From positions 56,173-120,172 of the forward strand of contig CAWFXI010000011.1 of assembly GCA_963819685.1 (NCBI GenBank): a stretch of 64,000 nt of DNA. Direction: 5' to 3'. The notes under the pieces are model-generated. The model saw only the letters and a list, made by a program, of their open reading frames with translations, was not told where the DNA came from and searched no databases. The stretch comes from an uncultured Pseudomonadota bacterium. Its GTDB lineage: Bacteria; Pseudomonadota; Gammaproteobacteria; Steroidobacterales; Steroidobacteraceae. Within the stretch, counting starts at the first letter, position 1; each line of letters starts with the position of its first letter. A program made the translations under genes and the position numbers. Of this stretch, positions 30,565-40,146 are shown one piece after another.

Positions 30565-31089
30565 ATGAGCGAGTCCAGCAGCAGCGAACCTAGGGTCATC
30601 AAGAAGTATCCCAACCGCCGGTTGTACGACACGGTGGAAAGCCGGTACATCACCCTGGTCGACGTGCGACGCCTGGTGATGGACAAGGTGGACTTCGTAG
30701 TCATCGACAAGAAGACGCAGGAAGACATCACCCGCTCCATCCTGCTGCAGGTCATCGCCGAGCAGGAACACACCGCCGAACCTCTGATGAGCCAGGATTT
30801 CCTGTCGCAGTGCATCAGATCTTACGGTGGCACCATGCAGACGTTTGTCGGCAGCTACCTGGATCAGAGCATGAAACTGTTCCTGAGCCAGCAGCAGCAG
30901 ATGCGTGAGCGCATCAAGAATACCGCCGTGCTGGATCCACTGAATGCAGTTGCGAACCTGACGCAACAGAACTACGCACGCTGGCGTTCGATTCAGGAAG
31001 ACATCATGCGCAGTTTCAGTGGTGGCCGCGCAGCCGACGAAGGCGAACCCGCCACAGAACAGCCGCGCGACAAGACGAGTCAGGGTTAG
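30565..31089 (+). CDS. phaR: Polyhydroxyalkanoate synthesis repressor PhaR
   Basis: VIKKYPNRRLYDTVESRYITLVDVRRLV...DITRSILLQVI is the characteristic PhaR N-terminus. Confidence 0.85.
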   Translation: MSESSSSEPRVIKKYPNRRLYDTVESRYITLVDVRRLVMDKVDFVVIDKKTQEDITRSILLQVIAEQEHTAEPLMSQDFLSQCIRSYGGTMQTFVGSYLDQSMKLFLSQQQQMRERIKNTAVLDPLNAVANLTQQNYARWRSIQEDIMRSFSGGRAADEGEPATEQPRDKTSQG

Positions 31090-31113
31090 CCGGCCAGCAG
31101 TTTCATCGGGATC

Positions 31114-31146
31114 AAAAAAAAGGCCGGGATGACCCGGCCTTTTTTA
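31114..31146. terminator. Bidirectional rho-independent terminator between phaR and pnp
   Basis: AAAAAAAA-GGCCGGG-atga-CCCGGCC-TTTTTT. A GC stem flanked by an A-run and a T-run. Confidence 0.85.
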
Positions 31147-31187
31147 TTGGCGACATTGCCGCCTGGTGACGGCGTGGCGAGCGCGGG

Positions 31188-33272
31188 TCACTCGCCCTCC
31201 ACATTACGCATGCTGAGACGGATGCGCCCCTGGCGATCCACTTCGAGCACCTTGACGCGAATGACGTCACCTTCTTTCAGTTTGTCGGAGACCCGCTCCA
31301 CGCGTTCTTCGGAAATCTGCGAAATGTGCACGAGGCCGTCCTTGCCGGGCAGAATCGTGACGAACGCACCGAAATCCATGAGTCGTGCAACACGGCCTTC
31401 ATAGATGCTGCCGACTTCGACTTCGGCAGTGATCAGTTCGATGCGGCGCTTCGCTTCCCGGCCGGCCTTGCCGTCAACAGAGGCAATCTTGACCGTGCCG
31501 TCATTGTCGATGTCGATCGATGTGCCGGTTTCCTCGGTGATGGCGCGAATGACCGCACCTCCCTTGCCGATGACTTCGCGGATCTTCTCCGGGTCGATCT
31601 TCATCGTGATGATGGTCGGCGCCCATTCGGACATCGTGTCGCGCGGCTTCGACAGCACCTTGTCCATTTCGCCCAGGATATGCAGCCGGCCGTCGCGGGC
31701 CTGCGCCAGCGCCTGCTGCATGATTTCCTTCGTGATGCCGTTGATCTTGATGTCCATCTGCAGGGCCGTAACACCCGTGCGTGTGCCGGCCACCTTGAAA
31801 TCCATATCGCCGAGGTGATCCTCGTCGCCCAGGATGTCGGTCAGCACGGCAAACTTGTCGTCTTCCTTCACCAGCCCCATCGCCACGCCGGCAACGGCAG
31901 CCTTGATCGGCACGCCGGCATCCATCAGCGCGAGGCTGGTGCCGCAGACGCTGGCCATCGAGCTCGAGCCATTCGATTCCAGGATTTCAGAGACGACGCG
32001 GAGCACGTACGGGAAGGTCGTCATGTCCGGCATGACGGCCGCAATACCCCGTCGGGCAAGGTTGCCGTGGCCGATTTCACGGCGCTTCGGCGAGCCCATC
32101 ATGCCGGTCTCACCGACGCTGAAAGGAGGAAAGTTGTAGTGGAGCATGAACGGCTCTTTGCGTTCGCCCGAGAGCGCATCGATGATCTGGGCATCGCGAC
32201 CCGTGCCAAGCGTCGTGACGACCAGCGCCTGCGTCTCACCGCGGGTGAACAATGCCGAACCGTGGGTGCGCGGCAGTACGCCGGTGCGAATCTGGATGGG
32301 ACGAACCGTCTTCTGGTCGCGCCCGTCGATACGGGGCTCACCCGCTGTGACGCGGCGGCGAACGAGGTGGTACTCAAGGTTGCCGAGTTCCTTCTTGACC
32401 TGGTCGGCCGTGAAGGCACCACCCTCGGGAGCCAGCGCGGCAACGGCAGCCTGCTTGATCTCGCCGACGCGCGTGTAGCGCGCCTGCTTCTCGGTGATGC
32501 GGTAGGCAGCGGCAAGATCAGCCTCGGCCTGTTTCGCAACGGCCTGCTCGAGCGCGACGTTGGCGGCCGGAGCCTGCCAGTTCCACGCAGCCTTGCCTGC
32601 TTCGGCCTTCAGCTCGTTGATCGCCTTGATGGCGATCTGCATCTGGTCGTGACCGAACACGACGGCACCCAGCATCACTTCTTCCGACAGGCAGTCCGCT
32701 TCAGACTCCACCATCAATACGGCTTCAGCAGTACCGGCGACCACGAGGTCCAGCTTGGAAGTCTTCAGCTGTGCATTGGTGGGATTGAGGATGTATTGCC
32801 CGTCTGCATAGCCGACCTTTGCTGCTGCAATCGGTCCCTGGAAAGGCACACCGGAAAGGGCCAGTGCTGCCGAGGCACCGAGCATCGCGGGAATGTCGGA
32901 ATCGATATCCGGATTCAGCGACACCACCGTAGCGACCACCTGAATTTCGTTGAGGAACGCTTCCGGGAACAACGGACGGATCGGGCGATCGATCAGCCGC
33001 GATGTCAGTGTTTCCTTTTCGGTCGGGCGTCCTTCGCGTTTGAAGAAGCCGCCGGGAATGCGTCCCGCAGCGTAGGTCTTTTCGATGTAGTTGACGGTCA
33101 GCGGGAAGAAGTCCTTCTTCGGGTCCGCTTCCTTGCGCGCGACAGCAGTGACCAGCACCACTGTCTCACCCATCGTGACGAGGACTGCGCCATCCGCCTG
33201 CCTGGCCAGTTCCCCTGTTTCCAGGGTCACCTGATGAGTACCGTACTGAAAAGTTCTTTTAGCAATGCTCAT
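31188..33272 (-). CDS. pnp: Polynucleotide phosphorylase
   Basis: 694 aa with two RNase PH domains, KH and S1. [23 protein letters not shown]... Confidence 0.97.
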   Translation of the reverse strand: MSIAKRTFQYGTHQVTLETGELARQADGAVLVTMGETVVLVTAVARKEADPKKDFFPLTVNYIEKTYAAGRIPGGFFKREGRPTEKETLTSRLIDRPIRPLFPEAFLNEIQVVATVVSLNPDIDSDIPAMLGASAALALSGVPFQGPIAAAKVGYADGQYILNPTNAQLKTSKLDLVVAGTAEAVLMVESEADCLSEEVMLGAVVFGHDQMQIAIKAINELKAEAGKAAWNWQAPAANVALEQAVAKQAEADLAAAYRITEKQARYTRVGEIKQAAVAALAPEGGAFTADQVKKELGNLEYHLVRRRVTAGEPRIDGRDQKTVRPIQIRTGVLPRTHGSALFTRGETQALVVTTLGTGRDAQIIDALSGERKEPFMLHYNFPPFSVGETGMMGSPKRREIGHGNLARRGIAAVMPDMTTFPYVLRVVSEILESNGSSSMASVCGTSLALMDAGVPIKAAVAGVAMGLVKEDDKFAVLTDILGDEDHLGDMDFKVAGTRTGVTALQMDIKINGITKEIMQQALAQARDGRLHILGEMDKVLSKPRDTMSEWAPTIITMKIDPEKIREVIGKGGAVIRAITEETGTSIDIDNDGTVKIASVDGKAGREAKRRIELITAEVEVGSIYEGRVARLMDFGAFVTILPGKDGLVHISQISEERVERVSDKLKEGDVIRVKVLEVDRQGRIRLSMRNVEGE

Positions 33273-33436
33273 GAATTCCTAGCTCGCGATGCGCCCGCTT
33301 GCGGGCGCCGGAATAGAGTCTGGACAGGCGGACAACTCAATCCTGGTGGATGGCGCTGTCCGGGAAAAAAACGTGTTCTTGGAAACGATCAGCGTCTCTC
33401 GACAACAAGTGGTCAACTGTTGGTCGAGCGACGACG
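33273..33436 (-). promoter_or_regulatory. rpsO-pnp intergenic leader with stable hairpins (possible pnp autoregulatory/processing leader)
   Basis: Hairpins read on the minus strand: CTCGACCAACAG..CTTGTTGTCGAG just after rpsO, and GCGCCCGC-aa-GCGGGCGC (33291-33308) about 20 nt before the pnp ATG. The role is inferred from the E. coli rpsO-pnp paradigm. Confidence 0.35.
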
Positions 33437-33706
33437 CTAGCGCCTGAGACCGAGACGGCTGATGATCTGGGTGTAGCGCTCGGGAGCCGAACTCTTGAGA
33501 TAGTCGAGCAGCTTGCGACGCTGGTTCACCATCTTGAGCAGGCCGCGGCGCGAACCATGGTCACGCTTGTGAGCAGTGAAGTGCTCGCCCAGGTCATTGA
33601 TGCGTGCGGACAGCAGCGCGATCTGAACTTCCGGAGATCCTGTATCGCTGGAACCGCGCCGGTATTCGCTGACGATTCCCTGCTTCTGCTCGCTCGACAT
33701 TGACAT
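33437..33706 (-). CDS. rpsO: 30S ribosomal protein S15
   Basis: [71 protein letters not shown]...RLGLRR, 89 aa from an internal ATG. Confidence 0.95.
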   Translation of the reverse strand: MSMSSEQKQGIVSEYRRGSSDTGSPEVQIALLSARINDLGEHFTAHKRDHGSRRGLLKMVNQRRKLLDYLKSSAPERYTQIISRLGLRR

Positions 33707-33852
33707 GCTTGTAGACCCTCGAACCTTGACGCTATCTGTGCCCTTAATCAGGCCGCGCATTCTACTGCCGCCCCGCCGCTAATCTCAAGCTGAATATCAC
33801 AAGCAATTCTTGGCCTTAGGTCGAATTTGCCCGGCCAACTTTTCCCGCCAAG

Positions 33853-34827
33853 TTATCCCGCGAGGCCGGCCGCCCTGACAAACAGCCTGCAGGGCTGCAG
33901 CGCCCCATCCGGTTGCCGTTCGACGATTCCTACGAACCGCCCATTCGGGCCATAAGCCCGTGCCTTGGTCACCGTCGGCGCTGCGGGTTCAACAGGCGCT
34001 GACCCCGGCGCCGGCCAGGTTCGCCGGCCGTGCGTCAGGTGCCCCTCACCCGCCTCGTCGACGGTCACACGGGGCAAGTTCATGAAAACATGGTCGATGG
34101 GGAGCAGGAACTCCTCCAGCGCGGTGGCGTTACCAGTGGACGCAGCGGCCTCCAGCTGGTCGAAGGTGACCAGGGGAGCGTCGCCAAAGGCGTCGACTTT
34201 GAGTCGCCGCAGGACCGTGACATGGCCGACCGTGCCAAGCGCCCCGGCTATGTCTTCCACCAGGGTGCGAATGTAAGTGCCCTTCGAACACGCCACCTCG
34301 AGTTCGATCTCAGGCGACGCGACTCGGAGAAGTTCGATCTGGCCGATGTGGATCTGCCGCGGCGCCCGCTCCACGGACTCGCCCTTGCGCGCCAGCTGGT
34401 ACAGCCGCTGCCCCTCGTGTTTGAGCGCGGAGTACATGGGTGGAATCTGGCTCTGCTCGCCCAGAAAACCCTGCAGCACCGTACTCATAACCTGCGGATC
34501 CAGTTCAGGAACCGGCATTCGGGTAATGACCTGCCCGTCCGCATCGGCAGTATCGGTCTGTTCGCCCAGTCGCGCGACAACGCGGTAGCGCTTGCCCGAT
34601 TCCAGCAGCTGCCCGCAAACCTTGGTGGCTTGCCCAAAGCACACCGGCAACAGCCCGGATGCGAGAGGATCAAGACTGCCCGCGTGACCGGCCTTCAGCG
34701 CCCGGTAGAGCCGCCTCGCCTGCTGCAAGGCTGCATTCGATGACAGGCCGGTTGGCTTGTCGAGCAAGAGAATGCCGTCCACCTCGCGGTCGAAGCGCCG
34801 CGGGCGGGGCGTCATCTCCTGACTCAT
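33853..34827 (-). CDS. truB: tRNA pseudouridine(55) synthase
   Basis: GILLLDKPTGLSSNAAL...GHAGSLDPLASGLLPVCFG...YSALKHEGQRLY. Confidence 0.95.
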   Translation of the reverse strand: MSQEMTPRPRRFDREVDGILLLDKPTGLSSNAALQQARRLYRALKAGHAGSLDPLASGLLPVCFGQATKVCGQLLESGKRYRVVARLGEQTDTADADGQVITRMPVPELDPQVMSTVLQGFLGEQSQIPPMYSALKHEGQRLYQLARKGESVERAPRQIHIGQIELLRVASPEIELEVACSKGTYIRTLVEDIAGALGTVGHVTVLRRLKVDAFGDAPLVTFDQLEAAASTGNATALEEFLLPIDHVFMNLPRVTVDEAGEGHLTHGRRTWPAPGSAPVEPAAPTVTKARAYGPNGRFVGIVERQPDGALQPCRLFVRAAGLAG

Positions 34828-35240
34828 CAGAGACTTCCCGGTTCCTTTGCAGGCGCCTGATCGGGCGCCTCGGGATCGTCAACGTGCCTGGCAACGTCGT
34901 CTTTGACCGCTTTTGAGATCAGTGACGACAGGTGGGCGCCTTTCTCAATCAGCTCATCGAGGACAAAGCGGATTTCGGGGCTGTGCCGCAGGCCCAGCGA
35001 TCGCCCGAGTGCTCCTCGCAGGAAGCCTGCCGCCACATCCAGGATCTGTTGCGCAAGGGCGCTGTCGCCTCCGATCACGGAGTAATACACCGTCGCATAG
35101 GACAGATCCGGCGACATCTGCACTTCCGTCAACGTCACGAGGCCGAGGCGTGGATCGCGGACCTCCCGGCGGATCAGCTCACTCAAAGTGCGCTGGATCT
35201 GCTCCGCCACGCGGGTCTTGCGCGAGTAAGACTTGGGCAT
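34827..35240 (-). CDS. rbfA: Ribosome-binding factor A
   Basis: RVAEQIQRTLSELIRREVRDPRLGLVTLTEVQMSPDLSYATVYYS. Confidence 0.9.
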   Translation of the reverse strand: MPKSYSRKTRVAEQIQRTLSELIRREVRDPRLGLVTLTEVQMSPDLSYATVYYSVIGGDSALAQQILDVAAGFLRGALGRSLGLRHSPEIRFVLDELIEKGAHLSSLISKAVKDDVARHVDDPEAPDQAPAKEPGSL

Positions 35241-35256
35241 TGCTCCTCAGACGGCG

Positions 35257-37782
35257 TTAGACGGAACGGGCCACTTCGACCCGCGAGAAGCATTCGATCT
35301 GGTCGCCCACCTGCACGTCATTGTAGTTCTGCACGGCAATACCGCATTCGGTACCGGCCCGGACTTCGTTGACGTCATCCTTGAACCTTCTCAAGGACTC
35401 AAGGGCTCCCTCGAAGATCACGACGTTGTTGCGCAGGACGCGGATCGGATTGTTCCGGCGGACATAGCCGTCCACCACGATGCAACCGGCCACCGTGCCG
35501 AACTTGGTCGAGCGGAACACATCCCGCACCTCGGCAAGGCCGACGATGGTTTCCTTCACTTCCGGAGTCAACATGCCGGACAGGGCTGAACGGATGTCGT
35601 CGATGGCTTCGTAAATGATGCTGTAGTAGCGGACATCCACGCCCATCTCTTTCATCGTGTTCTTCGCGGCGTTATCCGCGCGCACGTTGAAGCCGATGAT
35701 GCGGGCATTGGAAGCCGCAGCGAGCGTGACATCGGACTCGGTGATGCCACCGACGCCGCTCGAGATCACTTTCACCGCGACCTCTTCCGTCGACAGCTTG
35801 GTCAGTGAGTCGCGGAGTGCTTCGGCGCTGCCCTGCACGTCGGACTTGATGACCACCTGGATGGTCGCGGTCTTGGCCTCACCCATCTGCGTGAGCATGT
35901 CCTCGAGCTTCGCCGGTCCACCCTGCTTGGCAAGCTTCGTATCGCGGAACTTGCCCTGCCGATAGAGCGCGACTTCCCTGGCGCGACGTTCGCTTTCGAC
36001 CACAAGCAGGTCTTCGCCGGAATTGGGCGGCCCCGACAGGCCCAGTACCACCACCGGCAACGACGGCCCGGCCGATTCCACCGGGCTGCCGGTTTCATCG
36101 AACAACGCGCGGACACGGCCAAACTCGGTTCCGGCAATGATGTGGTCGCCAGCCTTGAGCGTGCCGCGCTTCACGAGCACCGTTGCCACAGGACCGCGGC
36201 CTTTCTCGATACTGGATTCGATGACGACGCCGCCCGCCAGGCCGATGACCGGCGCCTTGAGCTCCAGCACATCCGCCTGCAGCAGGATGGTATCGAGCAA
36301 CTGATCGATGCCTGCGCCAGTACGTGCAGACACATTCACGAACAACGTGTCGCCGCCCCAGTCTTCCGGGATGACGTTGTTCTTCACGAGGTCGTTGCGG
36401 ACACGATCGATATCGGCATCCGGCTTATCGATCTTCGTGATGGCGACAACGATCGGCACCTCAGCCGCCTTTGCATGCTGGATGGCCTCGATCGTCTGCG
36501 GCATGACGCTGTCATCCGCCGCAACGACCAGCACCACGATATCCGTGATCTGTGCACCGCGGGCACGCATCGCCGTAAACGCGGCATGGCCTGGTGTATC
36601 GAGGAAAGTGACAATGCCTTTTGCCGTTTCGACGTGATAGGCGCCAATATGCTGCGTGATACCACCGGCTTCGCCGGCCGCCACCTTGGTGCGACGGATA
36701 TAGTCGAGCAGTGACGTCTTGCCGTGGTCCACGTGGCCCATGATGGTGACGACAGGAGGGCGCGGCAGCACCGCATGCTCCTCGTCTGCACCCTGCACAT
36801 CTTCATCGACCGCGCTTTCCTTGACGACGACCGGGTTGTGGCCCAGCTCTTCTACCACCAGTACGGCGGTGTCGGTATCGATGGGCTGGTTGATGGTGGC
36901 CATCACGCCCATGTTCATCATCACCTTGATCACTTCGTTGGCCTTGACGGCCATGCGCTGCGCCAGTTCGCCTACGGTGATGGTTTCCGGAATCTGCACA
37001 TCGTGCTTGACGGGCGCGGCGGGCCGCTCGAACCCATGCTGGGGGGTAACACTGACCTGCGACGACCGGCGCATGCGTGACTGCTGCTTCTTCTTCTTGA
37101 AGCGAGCGCTCGCATCTCCCGAGACATGCAGTTCCTGACGCTGGGCCCGACCACCGGCATCGCGGGCAGGCTCTTCGCGACGGACGGTCTCGGTTCGTCG
37201 CTTCTCGGCTTCGAGACGTTCCCGCTCCGCCAGTGCCTGGGACTTTGCCTCGGCTTGCGCGCGGGCCTCCGCCATCGTCCGCGCTTCGGCTTCCGCGTAT
37301 TTCGACTGCTCATCCAGGCGGCGACGCGCCTCTTCTTCCTGGCGCTGACGCTCCCGTGCCTCTGCCTCGCGGGCCTCGGCTTCCCGGCGTGCAATGTCCT
37401 CACTCGTATCCGGCGGCGGTAACGGCTGGACCGCGGGTTGCTCTTCCGGCTGCGCCTTCGCCTTCTCTTCCAGGACGCTGCGATTCAGGTACGTCTTCTT
37501 CTGACGGACTTCGATATTGACGGTGCGCGCCCGCCCCTGTGCGGTGGCGACCTTGATTTCGCCTTGCGACTTGCGACGCAGCGTGATCTTGCGGGGCGCC
37601 GTGGCGTCTTCCGCATGACCATGAGCGCGGCGCAGGAATGTCAGCAGCTCCATCTTGGCTTCATCGCTGATGGCCGCATCGGCACCTGCAACCTTGATGC
37701 CCGCCTCATCGAGCTGCACGAGCAGACGCTCGACCGGTACTTTCAGTACCTCGGCAAACTGACTTACAGTGACATCAGCCAT
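35257..37782 (-). CDS. infB: Translation initiation factor IF-2
   Basis: 841 aa. GTPase block [17 protein letters not shown]...DTPGHAAF...ITKIDK. Confidence 0.97.
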   Translation of the reverse strand: MADVTVSQFAEVLKVPVERLLVQLDEAGIKVAGADAAISDEAKMELLTFLRRAHGHAEDATAPRKITLRRKSQGEIKVATAQGRARTVNIEVRQKKTYLNRSVLEEKAKAQPEEQPAVQPLPPPDTSEDIARREAEAREAEARERQRQEEEARRRLDEQSKYAEAEARTMAEARAQAEAKSQALAERERLEAEKRRTETVRREEPARDAGGRAQRQELHVSGDASARFKKKKQQSRMRRSSQVSVTPQHGFERPAAPVKHDVQIPETITVGELAQRMAVKANEVIKVMMNMGVMATINQPIDTDTAVLVVEELGHNPVVVKESAVDEDVQGADEEHAVLPRPPVVTIMGHVDHGKTSLLDYIRRTKVAAGEAGGITQHIGAYHVETAKGIVTFLDTPGHAAFTAMRARGAQITDIVVLVVAADDSVMPQTIEAIQHAKAAEVPIVVAITKIDKPDADIDRVRNDLVKNNVIPEDWGGDTLFVNVSARTGAGIDQLLDTILLQADVLELKAPVIGLAGGVVIESSIEKGRGPVATVLVKRGTLKAGDHIIAGTEFGRVRALFDETGSPVESAGPSLPVVVLGLSGPPNSGEDLLVVESERRAREVALYRQGKFRDTKLAKQGGPAKLEDMLTQMGEAKTATIQVVIKSDVQGSAEALRDSLTKLSTEEVAVKVISSGVGGITESDVTLAAASNARIIGFNVRADNAAKNTMKEMGVDVRYYSIIYEAIDDIRSALSGMLTPEVKETIVGLAEVRDVFRSTKFGTVAGCIVVDGYVRRNNPIRVLRNNVVIFEGALESLRRFKDDVNEVRAGTECGIAVQNYNDVQVGDQIECFSRVEVARSV

Positions 37783-37805
37783 TCAGTCATCCTCCAGCCT
37801 GAACT

Positions 37806-39311
37806 TCAGCCCTGCTGTTCCGGGGCTTCGAACCAGTGCTTGCGCGCCGTCATGATCAGCTCGGCCGCCCGCGCTGCTTCCATACCCTCGATCTCCGTCA
37901 GGTCATCGACTGCCTGCTCGGCGAGATCTTCACGGGTAACGATGCCGTGACTCGCAAGGACATGAGCCAGCTCTTCGTCCATGCCGTCAAGCTCGAGCAG
38001 GTCAGCAGCCGGCTCGGCCGAATCGATTTCTTCTTCGCTGGCAATTGCCTGCGTGAGCAGCACGTCGCGGGCGCGGTTACGCAGCTCCTTGATCATCTGC
38101 TCGTCGAACTCCTCGATCGAGCTCAGTTCCGACGTCGGCACGTAGGCCACTTCCTCGATCGTGGAGAAGCCTTCCTGCACGAGGATCGCGGCCACTTCCG
38201 CGTCGACGTCCAGCTGCTTCATGAACGTTTCCACGAGCCCGCGGGATTCGCTCTCGCTCTTTTCCTCGGCAGCCTGCTCGGTCATTACGTTGAGTTCCCA
38301 CCCGGTGAGCTCGCTCGCCAGGCGGATGTTCTGCCCGCCGCGGCCGATCGCCTGCGACAGCTTTTCCTCGGTCACCGCCACATCCATCGAATGCGACTCT
38401 TCGTCGACCACGATCGACACGACCTCGGCAGGAGCCATCGCGTTGATGACGAACTGTGCCGGATTCTCGTCGAACGGAATGATGTCGACACGTTCACCGG
38501 CTATTTCGTTGGAAACGGCCTGTACTCGTGAACCGCGCATGCCCACGCACGCGCCTACCGGATCGATACGCGGGTCGCTGCTGCGAACCGCAATCTTGGC
38601 GCGGACGCCGGGGTCACGAGCCGCAGCGAGAATCGTGATCAATCCCTGCCCGACCTCCGGGACCTCCAGCTTGAACAGCTCGATCAGGAATTCAGGTGCC
38701 GTTCTGCTGAGAAACAGTTGCGGCCCCCTGGGCTCTGAGCGCACTTCCTTCAGCCAGGCCTTGATCCGGTCCTGGGAGCGAACGGGTTCGCGGGGAATCA
38801 TCGCCTCGCGCGGAATGAAGCCTTCCGCATTGCCACCCAGATCCACAAAGATGCCATTGCGGTCGACCCGTTTCACCAGCCCCGATATCAGCGTCCCGAC
38901 GCGGCTCTGGTATTCATCGACGACCTGTGACCGCTCGGCCTCACGAACCTTCTGGACAATGACCTGCTTGGCTGTCTGGGCCGCGATGCGGCCGAAAGCG
39001 ACAGATTCCATGGGCACTTCCACATAGCCCCCGGGCTCGGCTGCAGTATTGATGTCGCGCGCGTCGTCGAGCCGCAGCTCCTGATCGGGGAATTCGAGCT
39101 CTGTGGAGTCATCGGCAAAGACCTTCCAGCGGCGGAACGTATCGTAGTCGCCGGTCTTGCGGTTGATGGCCACCCGCACGTCGATCCCCTCACCATGGCG
39201 CTTGCGCGTTGCGGACGCGAGCGCGGCTTCGAGGGCTTCGAAAATGATTTCCTTGTCGACGCTTTTCTCATTGGAGACAGCGTCCACAACCATCAGGATC
39301 TCTTTGTTCAT
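37806..39311 (-). CDS. nusA: Transcription termination/antitermination factor NusA
   Basis: MNKEILMVVDAVSNEKSVDKEIIFEALEAALA..., with S1, KH and AR domains. Internal ATG of ORF 37806-39431. Confidence 0.95.
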   Translation of the reverse strand: MNKEILMVVDAVSNEKSVDKEIIFEALEAALASATRKRHGEGIDVRVAINRKTGDYDTFRRWKVFADDSTELEFPDQELRLDDARDINTAAEPGGYVEVPMESVAFGRIAAQTAKQVIVQKVREAERSQVVDEYQSRVGTLISGLVKRVDRNGIFVDLGGNAEGFIPREAMIPREPVRSQDRIKAWLKEVRSEPRGPQLFLSRTAPEFLIELFKLEVPEVGQGLITILAAARDPGVRAKIAVRSSDPRIDPVGACVGMRGSRVQAVSNEIAGERVDIIPFDENPAQFVINAMAPAEVVSIVVDEESHSMDVAVTEEKLSQAIGRGGQNIRLASELTGWELNVMTEQAAEEKSESESRGLVETFMKQLDVDAEVAAILVQEGFSTIEEVAYVPTSELSSIEEFDEQMIKELRNRARDVLLTQAIASEEEIDSAEPAADLLELDGMDEELAHVLASHGIVTREDLAEQAVDDLTEIEGMEAARAAELIMTARKHWFEAPEQQG

Positions 39312-39333
39312 CGTTCCGACTCCGAGCAACATT

Positions 39334-39846
39334 CTAAAGCTCCGGTACCAGCCGGGCCTTGTGTATACCTTCGACCGGCAGGTTGACTTCCCCGCCATCC
39401 GCGTCCAGATCGAGCAGGATCGTTCCCGCATCCACCTTGAGAAGACGCCCCAGAAACCGCTTGCGGCCGCCGACCGGCTGTTTCATCTCGACGCGCACCC
39501 GCTCCCCGGCATAGCGCGCGAATTGTGCTCGCGACCGGAGCACCCGATCGAGCCCAGGCGACGACACTTCCAGCGTGTAGTGACTGGCGACAGGATCCTC
39601 AGCGTCCATCACTTCACTGACGGCGTGGCTGACGCGCGCGCAATCGTCGACCGTGATACCGGCTTCGGATTCGACGCCCGGAGCGCCAGCTCCTCCGACA
39701 CTCTCATCCATGCCGTGATTGGGCCGGTCTATGTAGAGCCTGAGGAACGCCCCGCCCTGACGGGTGCCAAACTCAAGCTCCCAGAGCTCGTAACCGAGAT
39801 CCCTGACGACGGGTTCGAGCAGCGCGGTGAGCTCGTCTCTCAACAC
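39334..39846 (-). CDS. rimP: Ribosome maturation factor RimP
   Basis: LTALLEPVVRDLGYELWELEF...LEVSSPGLDRVL. GTG at 39846 sits 5 nt after GGGAGGG; the ORF track start at 39981 is unlikely. Confidence 0.85.
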   Translation of the reverse strand: MLRDELTALLEPVVRDLGYELWELEFGTRQGGAFLRLYIDRPNHGMDESVGGAGAPGVESEAGITVDDCARVSHAVSEVMDAEDPVASHYTLEVSSPGLDRVLRSRAQFARYAGERVRVEMKQPVGGRKRFLGRLLKVDAGTILLDLDADGGEVNLPVEGIHKARLVPEL

Positions 39847-39893
39847 GTTCCGCCCTCCCTTTTCCAGGTATTGTCGAATACCGCCGCTAGAAA

Positions 39894-39916
39894 CAAAAAA
39901 TGGGCCCAAGGCCCAT
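39894..39916 (-). terminator. Probable intrinsic terminator after the TonB-dependent receptor gene
   Basis: Minus strand reads TGGGCC-ttg-GGCCCA followed by TTTTTTG. The stem is short. Confidence 0.45.
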
Positions 39917-40146
39917 TTCCAGAAAACACCAGCCCCCGAAGGGCTTTCGCAGCCGGAATCTCCGCGGGGAAGTTCCAGCACACTCTCGGCCGGGGATAGT
40001 AAGGCTAGCCCACGCTTATTTCAAGGACCGCGTCAGACGGCCAGCTTGCCATTGCAAGGGCGGATTCTCTGGAACTCAATGTCGAAACCTGAAGCCGGAT
40101 TGGACTGCGTTGAGAAGCATTTCAATACGCGGCAGCCATCCTTCTT

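Noticed and set aside
31326-33440. Very long ORFs antisense to strong genes. Examples are 704 aa opposite pnp, 26782-28362 opposite smc, 16656-18203 opposite lipoprotein paralog 1, 7536-8720 opposite mltG/tmk, 6914-7840 opposite pabC, 28633-29505 opposite dksA and 42930-43811 within tctA.
   Set aside because: These are typical high-GC stop-codon-poor shadow frames. The translations are Arg/Ala/Gly/Pro-rich with no motifs, while the opposite or alternative frame encodes an unmistakable conserved protein.
39917-40146. Region upstream of rimP checked for a tRNA, by analogy with E. coli metY-rimP-nusA.
   Set aside because: No cloverleaf-compatible sequence was seen by eye (no GTTCGAATC-type T-loop with matching stems).
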